NCBI GenBank assembly: GCA_965279375.1
Contig: OZ257156.1
Coordinates: forward strand, 96,001-160,000
Source: Gemmatimonas sp.
GTDB lineage: Bacteria > Gemmatimonadota > Gemmatimonadetes > Gemmatimonadales > Gemmatimonadaceae
DNA length: 64,000 nucleotides
Direction: 5' to 3'
Shown here one piece after another: positions 31,601 through 38,782 of this stretch. The position numbers were made by a program, and so were the translations under genes. Under the pieces are notes generated by a model. It saw nothing but the letters and a program-made list of their open reading frames with translations, made no database searches and had not been told where the DNA came from. Each line of letters begins with the position of its first letter. Positions within the stretch are counted from its first letter, which is position 1.

Positions 31601-31922
31601 CCTCAGCCTCGAGTTGATCGACACGTTCCGCGAGCGCTACTACCTGAGCGAATCGTTGCGTGAGCGTGCAGCCATCCACGTAGCGATGGGTGACACGACC
31701 AAGGCAGAGGACGATTTGCGTCGCGCCATTGGTGTGGCGCATCAGCAGGATGCACGGTTGCTCGAGCTGCGCAGCGCCGTGGCGCTCTCCAACCTGCTGA
31801 TTGCGCGCGAGCGACCCGCCGAGGTGCGTGACCTGCTCACACCGTTGCTCGGCAGCTTCACCGAAGGCTTCGACGAACCGGATCTCGTGCAGGCCCGCGA
31901 GCTGCTGGCATCGCTGGGGTGA
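28641..31922 (+). CDS. Class III adenylate/guanylate cyclase with double zinc ribbon, STAND AAA ATPase and TPR-like region
   Basis: Four CxxC at the N-terminus; FVDLVGST, YLGDG, RIGIHTG, NIAAR; Walker A GEAGIGKS; EDLHWAD; GGIPLF. Start ATG 28641. Confidence 0.92.
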   Translation: MQCSKCGTKNSTMARFCTECGNALGVPCTACGFGNPPEAKRCGGCGTALQAAPRAEAERRQLTVFFVDLVGSTAMSEAWDPEELREMYARYQTICADIIKRYDGHIAQYLGDGVLAYFGYPVAHEDDALRAVRSGLEILASLSDVTLGGEHPMARIGIHTGLVVVGDVGGGQKQEQLALGEAPNIAARVQGEAEPNTMLVSEATRRLVAGHFLLGDLGPRNLKGISRPIQLWRVLGMSDATSRFDAMASAAGLAPFVGRQVEMDVIREAWGLASHGEGQTLLVRGEAGIGKSRLLGAARNVASLGAHERFEAECSPYDSNSPLHPVVHMLERRLGFDAQMADTEKLDRIEEFVVQRGGRTGEAVPLLASLLSVNLSGRFPASDLPPAKQRQRMLQVLAELQLQAPGGAPTLVVIEDLHWADPSTLELVAALVSQQSKSRLMVIGSTRPELPELWSPAPNRRELKVEALARTDIRALVAGVAGPKPLPDSVLKEIVERTGGIPLFVEAVTRTVLESGVLTELEDRFELSGPLPPGLIPSTVHDSLMARIDRLGPDKVIAQVASVIGREFRSDLLSLVTGRSGASLEGALRQLIDLDLVSRTGIAPNWTYTFKHALLQDAAYGSLLKKTCRDYHGRIADALSEHFSELVETNPALLARHLEGAGRVKEAVPAWIKAGTDAGQRSAMQECVAYLKRAITLLETLPVDDPDRLANETVAQLAIAPPLMATAGWGAREVERACLRAKELCEQTGNGEGLFGAMWGLWTVLFVRGEHERALEAAKTVLSMAMAGDVGILHVAARHAIGFSHYYLGEFAEARMHAEKALEIFSLDQEKLLVSVFQIPSTVCCLSFLTQSLRFLGFPEQARERQLQLEQLVRDLDNPACTAVGLGVGQYHYFDRNDIDTIRAQADRGYTLAVEEGFLFWSAAMRVYRGWSQALTGESERGIREMDEGLEDVFRTNSGIFVPQWRMMMAQGRRVQGDLPGALKQINLSLELIDTFRERYYLSESLRERAAIHVAMGDTTKAEDDLRRAIGVAHQQDARLLELRSAVALSNLLIARERPAEVRDLLTPLLGSFTEGFDEPDLVQARELLASLG

Positions 31923-33178
31923 CCGAGCGGGCAGATATCGTCGTCTTTGGCGCCACTGGCGCAAGCGGACGACAGATCGCGCGATATCTGTTCGAGCAGC
32001 AGCGGCGGTCGGCCACGGCCCCAGTCACCATAGCCGTCGCCGGCCGCGACGCTGTACGGTTGGCCGCGCTGCAGCGCGAGCTTGGCGCTACGGTGCAACT
32101 GATGCACGCCGACGCCGGCGACGACGCGAGCATCGACGCGATGGTCTCTCGCGCGCGCGTAGTCGTAGCGGCGGCGTCACCGTACATCACGAACGGCGAA
32201 TCGACGCTGGCCGCGTGCGCGCGCCAGGGCGTGGACTACGTGGACATCTGCGGCGAGCCCGCACATGTGCGGCGCATGATCGACCGCCATCACGGCGCAG
32301 CGCAGGCATCCGGTGCGAAGCTGGTGCCCATGTGCGGCTTCGATTCCGTGCCGTCGGATCTCGGTGTGCAACTGCTCGTCGAGCACTTCGCCGAGCGGGG
32401 CACGACCGTGCGTGACATTCGCGCGTTGTATCGGTGCGACGGCAGCTACAACAACGGCACGATCGAGTCGGCACGCGAACTGTGGAAGCGCCCGGGCGAT
32501 GTCGAGTTGATGCGCGATCCGTTCCTGCTGAACGCTGATTCAGCGACTGCTCGCGACGGAACGCGGCACGCCGACCCGCAGGTCGCCGAGCTCGATGCGG
32601 ACGTGCAACGATGGGTGGCGCCGTTCTGGATGGGGCCGATCAACACGCGCGTCGTGCGCCGCAGTGCGTCACTCGCGACGCTGCGCGGAGATCCATACGG
32701 CGCAGACTTCGGCTATCAGGAGTACTGGGACCCGGGCGGTACGTTCAACGCTGCAACGGCAATGAGCGCCGCATGGGGCTGGAGTGCGTGGCACGCCATG
32801 TCGCGCGTGCCGGGTGTGGCGAATGCGCTGTCCACCACGCTGAGCCCAGCGATGGCCGCGGCCGCATCGATGATGCATCGCAACAGCGGATGGCGTGCGC
32901 TGTTCATCGGCACGGGCGCCAATGGCTCACGCGCCTGGGCCAAGCTCTCCGGAGAGGGCGATCCCGCCAACGCGGCGACGGCGATGATGGCTGGTGAATC
33001 GGCGTTGGCGTTGGCGCTCGATCGCGTATCGCTCCCAGGTGGCGATGCACGTGCCGGCGTGCTCACGCCCGCCGACGCGCTCGGCGGCGTGCTGCGCGCA
33101 CGACTCCAGCGCGCGGGGATGCGCGTGGAGTGTCCGTCGCAACCGTCGTGGACGCGCCTCGCGCGGATGGACGACTAG
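31919..33178 (+). CDS. Saccharopine dehydrogenase-like NADP-binding protein (trans-acting enoyl reductase family)
   Basis: VVFGATGASG, AGRD, YVDICGE and CGFDSVPSDLG motifs; GTGA overlap with the cyclase. Confidence 0.88.
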   Translation: MTERADIVVFGATGASGRQIARYLFEQQRRSATAPVTIAVAGRDAVRLAALQRELGATVQLMHADAGDDASIDAMVSRARVVVAAASPYITNGESTLAACARQGVDYVDICGEPAHVRRMIDRHHGAAQASGAKLVPMCGFDSVPSDLGVQLLVEHFAERGTTVRDIRALYRCDGSYNNGTIESARELWKRPGDVELMRDPFLLNADSATARDGTRHADPQVAELDADVQRWVAPFWMGPINTRVVRRSASLATLRGDPYGADFGYQEYWDPGGTFNAATAMSAAWGWSAWHAMSRVPGVANALSTTLSPAMAAAASMMHRNSGWRALFIGTGANGSRAWAKLSGEGDPANAATAMMAGESALALALDRVSLPGGDARAGVLTPADALGGVLRARLQRAGMRVECPSQPSWTRLARMDD

Positions 33179-33209
33179 CCTCCATCCGCACGAGCGCGAG
33201 CGTGCCTGG

Positions 33210-36200
33210 CTAGCCTATGGCTAGATCGCCTCGTGAGGCAAGGCTCGAAATCGGCTTGTCGCTCTCGGACGGCGGCGGCGCATCGGCGCCAACGTACCAG
33301 GACTCGTCCCACGACTGCGCCATCGGGAAGATGCGATCGGACTCGGTGCCCGTCGCGCCGCGCCAGATGGCGTAGTCAGGCTTCTGCGCCGTGCGGGCCA
33401 ACTCGTTGAACAGCGCTTCCCGCTGCATCCCCGCGCGGTCACGCGCCAGCCGCACGAGATCCTTCATGATGTCCAGTCGCGCCAGCATGTCATGTCGGAC
33501 GCGCTGCATGAGCATGTCGAGCGACTGCGAGTCAAGCAGCGAATCAGCGTCCGTGGTCGCGGTAGATCCTTTGGTTGAACGCAGCGCGTCCGACGACGTC
33601 CCTTCATCCGCTGCCGTCGTCGGCGCACTCCGCAGCTGTTCCTCCGAGCGTTGCAGCAGCGACACACGCTGCTCAAGCGTCGCACGCGTGGTGCGATCGA
33701 TGTCGGCTCGGGCCTTGAGTTCGGCTTCGGTCTCAGCGTCGGCGTGGCGGTGTTCCGACGCGTCCGGCATCAAGCCGAGCACCCCTTCGAGCGCCGCGTA
33801 CTCGTCGTGCACCATCTTGAGCAATCGCACGCGCGCGTCGCTGGCGTGCACAGAGGACGGGTGATAGTCCGCTGGTTTGTTGGGCGCATCCGCCACACCA
33901 AGCACCTGCTGACTGCCGATCGCCGCCACCGTCTCCAGAAACGCGAGACGCGCGTGCGCCAGTTCGGCCACAGAGATCGGCTTGGCGCCCGGTGCGAGCT
34001 GCGTGACGGGGTGCGAATTGTGCACCAGATCGGCGAGCGCCTCCCAGCACTTTTCCATCTCGGACCATTTCTGCGTAAAGTCGCGCGCGCTGGCGACCAT
34101 GGAGGACGCCTTGCGCATTCGCGGCTCGCCCGGTCGACGCCCAATCTCCTCGACGATGCTGTCGAAGAACTCGTTCTCGATCGTCGCCACACTTGGCTTG
34201 GCCACGCCAGCGAGCCGCGCTTCGAGACGCGCTTCCAGTCGTCGCCGCTCCTGACGCCACCGTGCGTTCTCGCTCCAGTTGCCCCACTCACGCGAAAGCA
34301 CCGACTCCAGCACGGACTGTGGATCGAGCGCTGTCAGCGCCTTCGATGCCTCGATTGGCTCCCGCTGTTCAGACGCGGCGGCGGCATCGCCGAGATCAGA
34401 CGGCAAGACGAGATACTGCGCGCTCAACGGCTCGCTCGCGAACGCCCCTTCCTGCGCCGCACGGCTCAGGCGGCGCGCGTCGCCCTGATCGAGCATCTCC
34501 ACGGCGCTGTCGCCCACGCGACGTGCAGTCGAGACATCGTTCAGGTAAGTCGGACGCGATTCGCCGGTCGTACGCCAACCGTACTCGCCCGCGCGATAGC
34601 CGAAGTTCTCACCAAGCGATTCGTCGAGCGTCACCGACATCCAGAACGGACGTTGCGGCTGCAGGCCGTACACGATGCCTGGCTCGCTGGTCGTGAGCTT
34701 GCGCGCCACAAGGCCGAGCATCTGCACGATGGGCTGCGTGGGATACTCGTGAATGCGCACCGTCAGCGGCTGCTCGATCTCGCGCAGGTCGAACACTTCG
34801 CTCAGCGTACGCTTCACGCGAACGAGCGACTGATAGCACGCACGCTCCGGGCTCGCGACATCGCGATACTGCTTCATCGTGTAGTACGAAATCGGCATGC
34901 CGTTGCCGAGCAATTCGAGCGCGAGCCGCCGCCCTTCGTCGAGCATACCATGCGAGTCGTCGCTGATGTCGGTGTCGGTCGGCGCGACGTCCGGCTTGAT
35001 GCGCCCGCGCAGCGCCTGCTTCCGGCGCAGCTCCGTCTTGAGGAGGTTTCCCCACGTATCCGCGATCGCGCGCCATTCGAGTTCATCGCTCAACTCCACG
35101 GCGCGCCCCTCCTCGATCTCGAGCAACGTGCGGCGCACCGCCTTCTCGCCACGCCCCAACACTGGAATCACTTCTGCTTCCAGCTTGAGCAGCGGCTGCG
35201 TGCTCTCTTCAGCGGGTCCATCGTGCGACATCCAGAGATTGTCGGGCACATGGAACTGCGCGTTGGTGGTGGGAATGCCCAACACCTCCGTGTTCGCTGC
35301 GGTGGCGGTGGGATTGTCCACGAACGTGAACGCCGGCACCACCCCAACCCCCTTGAGCACCCACCGTCCAGCCACCTGCTCCTCGCGGCGCACAGGAATC
35401 AGAAACGAGAGCTCGTACTCCGCCCAGTCGCCGATGTTGTCGTTGGTGGACGTGACGTCACCGAAGTTCGTTGCGGTGAGATAGACGTGCGCGAAATCGC
35501 CTGCCGTGGATGGGCTCCAGAGACTCAGCCGCGCGCCGTTGCGCTCTGCAGCACCATCCGCAAGCGCCTCGTTGAACGTGCTGTCGAGGAACTGCTGCAG
35601 CTTGGCGCGCTCGGCCAGCAGCGGCATCACGCGCACCGTGGTATCGGCGAAGTGGAACGCGCCCGCGATGGTACGGTTTGCCGCGCCGAGCGAGGTGTTG
35701 AACAGCTTGGCGACCTTGGGAGTCTGGTCCACCGTCAGCGGATACGTACGCCCGCTGTTGTCCACCCATTCGCCGCTGTGCGAGCGCCACGCGATGTTCT
35801 CACCCGGCTCGTACACCATGTCCACGTTGTACCAGAGCGGCATCACCGGCTTGAGCACGGCGATGTCGCACCCCGTTCCCGCCCACTGCTTCTCCACTTC
35901 GAGACCGAGCGTCTGTACGATGGGGAGCGAGGGCCAGCGATGCATCACCACCGAGTAGCCGCCCGACAGATCGCCAGCCATCAGCCGCTCCTCGCCGAGC
36001 AGGCCGCCGCCGTTGAAGCCGGTGAAGCGCATCGGGCCGTTGGTTAACGCCTGGTAGCAGTACTCGTCCGGATTTTCCGCGCGGCGGAACTGCTTCAGGT
36101 TCATCGTATTCGCGTAGAGGTTCGGCTTGGGCGGGAAGGCCATGGTGGCCATCTTGTTCATCATCGCGAGGTAGTTGTCCGCGCTCGCCCCCGGGTGTGT

Positions 36201-36908
36201 TGGCAGCACACCCAGCCCCGCCATGATGCCGACCACGTCACGCGACATGCCAGCGACCGCGTTGGCCATCTTCGCGGCCACGTTCCACGGCGCAAACGGT
36301 TGGCTCGCATCGAACGGCAGCCGCAGATGCGAGATGGGCGCCTCGCGCTCGACTTCCAGCAGCGTCTGCATTTCCAACCGCTTAGCCGAGTAGAGCTCGG
36401 AGAACACGGCCGTCTTGATGCGCGCTTCGGTGACGGGCGCCTGGGCATTGCGCACCCAATCGCTGTCTGCCGCTTCGAGGGAGGCGGTCGTCTTGGGCCA
36501 GCCGTACACCGTGCGGCCGGTGGTCATCGAGATGTCGTCGTCCACGTAGATGTACGGCGAGAACGATGCCCAGTCCTTGAAGACGTACTTGCCATTCACC
36601 AGCTGATACCACTCGAGCGGCACGTTGAAGAGAATCTCGCGCTGCGCCAGCCAGCCGTAGTTGCCGATCTCGATCGACATGCGGCCGTAGTCCAGAATCA
36701 TCAGCTGGACGTACGGCGCCGGCACACGAAACCATCCGAGCTCTTTCGGAATGATGTTCAGGTAGCTGTCCACGAGGCGCTGCAGTGAGCCGAGACTCGC
36801 ACGCAGGGGAAACATGCGCGCCGACATCCCCTCGAATGGGAAGGGTGGCTTGACCGGCAGGGACGCACCCGGCAGGTCCGCAAACTTCGGCATCTCGGTC
36901 CACGACAT
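33210..36908 (-). CDS. Large protein with two acetoacetate-decarboxylase-like domains and a helical C-terminal region
   Basis: Domain 1: YIYVDD..TTGRTVYGWPK and KQFRRA..CYQAL. Domain 2: FTFVDN..AANTEVLGIPT and KQYRDV..CYQSL. These paired motifs indicate internal duplication. Confidence 0.65.
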   Translation of the reverse strand: MSWTEMPKFADLPGASLPVKPPFPFEGMSARMFPLRASLGSLQRLVDSYLNIIPKELGWFRVPAPYVQLMILDYGRMSIEIGNYGWLAQREILFNVPLEWYQLVNGKYVFKDWASFSPYIYVDDDISMTTGRTVYGWPKTTASLEAADSDWVRNAQAPVTEARIKTAVFSELYSAKRLEMQTLLEVEREAPISHLRLPFDASQPFAPWNVAAKMANAVAGMSRDVVGIMAGLGVLPTHPGASADNYLAMMNKMATMAFPPKPNLYANTMNLKQFRRAENPDEYCYQALTNGPMRFTGFNGGGLLGEERLMAGDLSGGYSVVMHRWPSLPIVQTLGLEVEKQWAGTGCDIAVLKPVMPLWYNVDMVYEPGENIAWRSHSGEWVDNSGRTYPLTVDQTPKVAKLFNTSLGAANRTIAGAFHFADTTVRVMPLLAERAKLQQFLDSTFNEALADGAAERNGARLSLWSPSTAGDFAHVYLTATNFGDVTSTNDNIGDWAEYELSFLIPVRREEQVAGRWVLKGVGVVPAFTFVDNPTATAANTEVLGIPTTNAQFHVPDNLWMSHDGPAEESTQPLLKLEAEVIPVLGRGEKAVRRTLLEIEEGRAVELSDELEWRAIADTWGNLLKTELRRKQALRGRIKPDVAPTDTDISDDSHGMLDEGRRLALELLGNGMPISYYTMKQYRDVASPERACYQSLVRVKRTLSEVFDLREIEQPLTVRIHEYPTQPIVQMLGLVARKLTTSEPGIVYGLQPQRPFWMSVTLDESLGENFGYRAGEYGWRTTGESRPTYLNDVSTARRVGDSAVEMLDQGDARRLSRAAQEGAFASEPLSAQYLVLPSDLGDAAAASEQREPIEASKALTALDPQSVLESVLSREWGNWSENARWRQERRRLEARLEARLAGVAKPSVATIENEFFDSIVEEIGRRPGEPRMRKASSMVASARDFTQKWSEMEKCWEALADLVHNSHPVTQLAPGAKPISVAELAHARLAFLETVAAIGSQQVLGVADAPNKPADYHPSSVHASDARVRLLKMVHDEYAALEGVLGLMPDASEHRHADAETEAELKARADIDRTTRATLEQRVSLLQRSEEQLRSAPTTAADEGTSSDALRSTKGSTATTDADSLLDSQSLDMLMQRVRHDMLARLDIMKDLVRLARDRAGMQREALFNELARTAQKPDYAIWRGATGTESDRIFPMAQSWDESWYVGADAPPPSESDKPISSLASRGDLAIG

Positions 36909-36935
36909 GATCGGCGCGTCCTCGGTTCGTACTGG

Positions 36936-37982
36936 TCAGGAGCGAGTGAGAACCCAACGAGGCAACGCTTCGATGAAGCGCTTGTCCCGCGAGTCCGGAA
37001 GCTGTCCATACGTCTGCTCAAACTCGGCGTACGCTGCACCGGCGAGTCCGTGCGCCACCTGACGCGCGTACTCGATGCATTCGTACGCCTCCATGCGCTC
37101 GAACACCCACGCCACATCCGCGGCGCTGCGCACGTCGCGCGGCTGCCCCAGGAATGCGGCCAGTCGCGCGCGCTCATCACCGGTGCCCTGCTCCATCAGG
37201 CGGATCAGCATCAGCGTTCGCTTGCCTTCGCGGATATCACCACCCAACTCCTTCCCGTAGGACTCCGCATCGCCCACGAGATTCAGCAGGTCGTCCTGGA
37301 TCTGAAACGCGGCTCCGACAAAGAAGCCAAAGCGAATGAACGGCTCGACGTCCACCATGCCCGCCGAACCGATCAGCGCACCAACGCGACTCGGATGAAT
37401 CGTCGCCAACCAGCACGTCTTCTTGAGCACCATCTCGAGATAGTCGCGCTCGGTCACGTCGATCGCGTTGTCGCGACGCCAGCCAAGTTCCAGCGCCTGC
37501 CCCTCGGCGGACTCACGCGCCATACGCTCGGTTTCTTCGACGAGACGCAACGCGAGGTTCTGACCGAGCACGTGCTGGTTGTCGAGCAGCGGTCGCATCG
37601 CCAGCATCGAGAGCATGTCGCCCGCGTTGATTGACAGCGGAACGCCCTGCATCATGTGCATCGTCGGTCGGCCGCGTCGTTCCTCGCTCTCATCCTGAAT
37701 GTCATCGTGGATGAGCATCGCGTTGTGCAACAGCTCGATGGAGACCGCGGTGCGCAACGCGAGATCGGCATTGCCGCCGAATGCGCGCGCCGTGGCAATG
37801 CACAGGCTCGGACGAAAGCCACGCCCGCCGCGCTGCGGATAGTCCACAAGCAAATCGTACAGGTAGCGACGCGGTTCCATGTCCGGCAGATACTGAAAGA
37901 GCACACGACGGGTCGCGTCCCCGTACTCCTGCAGTACCGCAGGCACGAGCTCCTGCTCCGCCCGCGTCGCCGTGGCAATCAC
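36936..37982 (-). CDS. Polyprenyl synthetase (trans-isoprenyl diphosphate synthase, GGPPS-like)
   Basis: ELLHNAMLIHDDIQD..RRGRPT, GQALE, KT, FQIQDDLLN and GKELGGDIREGKRT motifs. Start taken as GTG 37982, since the ORF-track extension overlaps the upstream gene. Confidence 0.92.
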   Translation of the reverse strand: MIATATRAEQELVPAVLQEYGDATRRVLFQYLPDMEPRRYLYDLLVDYPQRGGRGFRPSLCIATARAFGGNADLALRTAVSIELLHNAMLIHDDIQDESEERRGRPTMHMMQGVPLSINAGDMLSMLAMRPLLDNQHVLGQNLALRLVEETERMARESAEGQALELGWRRDNAIDVTERDYLEMVLKKTCWLATIHPSRVGALIGSAGMVDVEPFIRFGFFVGAAFQIQDDLLNLVGDAESYGKELGGDIREGKRTLMLIRLMEQGTGDERARLAAFLGQPRDVRSAADVAWVFERMEAYECIEYARQVAHGLAGAAYAEFEQTYGQLPDSRDKRFIEALPRWVLTRS

Positions 37983-37987
37983 GCGCG

Positions 37988-38779
37988 CTACCCGCCGATC
38001 GGCGCAAGCTGCACGGTGATCTCGCCGCGTCGATTGCCGCCGCCGTCGAGTACTGGCCCCGCGTACGTGCCGGCAGGCTGCGTATCGGGCACCGTGACGC
38101 GTACCGTGAGGTGGCCGTTCACGCTCTCCAACGTGACGTCGGTCAGCGAGGGACCCGTCGTCCCCTTCGCCTCGGCGAGCGGCTCCACCTTGAGCAGCAT
38201 GAACTCGGCATCCGGATCGAGCGACACCGAGACTGTGGCCGGCAAGCGCGAGCTGACCTGCACGCTGTGTCGTGCCGAGTTCGTACGCATCGGCGCGCCA
38301 CCCATGCCTGCCATGAACTGATTCATCGCGGCGGCACCACCCGGCACGAACGCCGACATCGAGTCGGTCCACATCTTCGCCATTTGCATCCACGGCGCCA
38401 TCATGGGCCCCATCATCGGCGCCATCGAGCCCCACATGCCCCACGGGTTCGCGCCCTGCCGGTTGTCGCTCATATACGGGTTTCCCACTGATGGTGACTG
38501 ATAGCGCTGCGCCGCATCTCGGCCGCGCGCGATGTACTCGTCGATGACTACGTAGGCCGTGTGCACGCCCCGCTCCACCGCGCCCATCAGCGGCTCCGTC
38601 GCGGCCTCCACCACACGCTGCGCCGTCTTCATGCCGTCCGTGACGATGTGTTCAACGCGATGCGCCATGTCCTGCATCGGAGGCACGACGCCGGCGAAAT
38701 TGCGCTGCCGCACCGGACCTTCTCGCTCCGGTGCGTCGCGACGCATACGCTTGCCGTCCTTCTTCTTGCCTTCGCTCAT
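37988..38779 (-). CDS. Hypothetical protein (Met-rich middle, beta-rich C-terminal domain)
   Basis: Fills the operon gap with 3- and 5-bp spacers; protein-like composition; no recognisable family. Confidence 0.75.
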   Translation of the reverse strand: MSEGKKKDGKRMRRDAPEREGPVRQRNFAGVVPPMQDMAHRVEHIVTDGMKTAQRVVEAATEPLMGAVERGVHTAYVVIDEYIARGRDAAQRYQSPSVGNPYMSDNRQGANPWGMWGSMAPMMGPMMAPWMQMAKMWTDSMSAFVPGGAAAMNQFMAGMGGAPMRTNSARHSVQVSSRLPATVSVSLDPDAEFMLLKVEPLAEAKGTTGPSLTDVTLESVNGHLTVRVTVPDTQPAGTYAGPVLDGGGNRRGEITVQLAPIGG

Positions 38780-38782
38780 TCG

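Noticed and set aside
28482..31964. 1160-aa minus-strand ORF
   Set aside because: Antisense shadow of the adenylate cyclase gene.
33651..36047. 798-aa plus-strand ORF
   Set aside because: Antisense to the ADC-like gene, with the Arg/His-rich composition typical of shadow frames.
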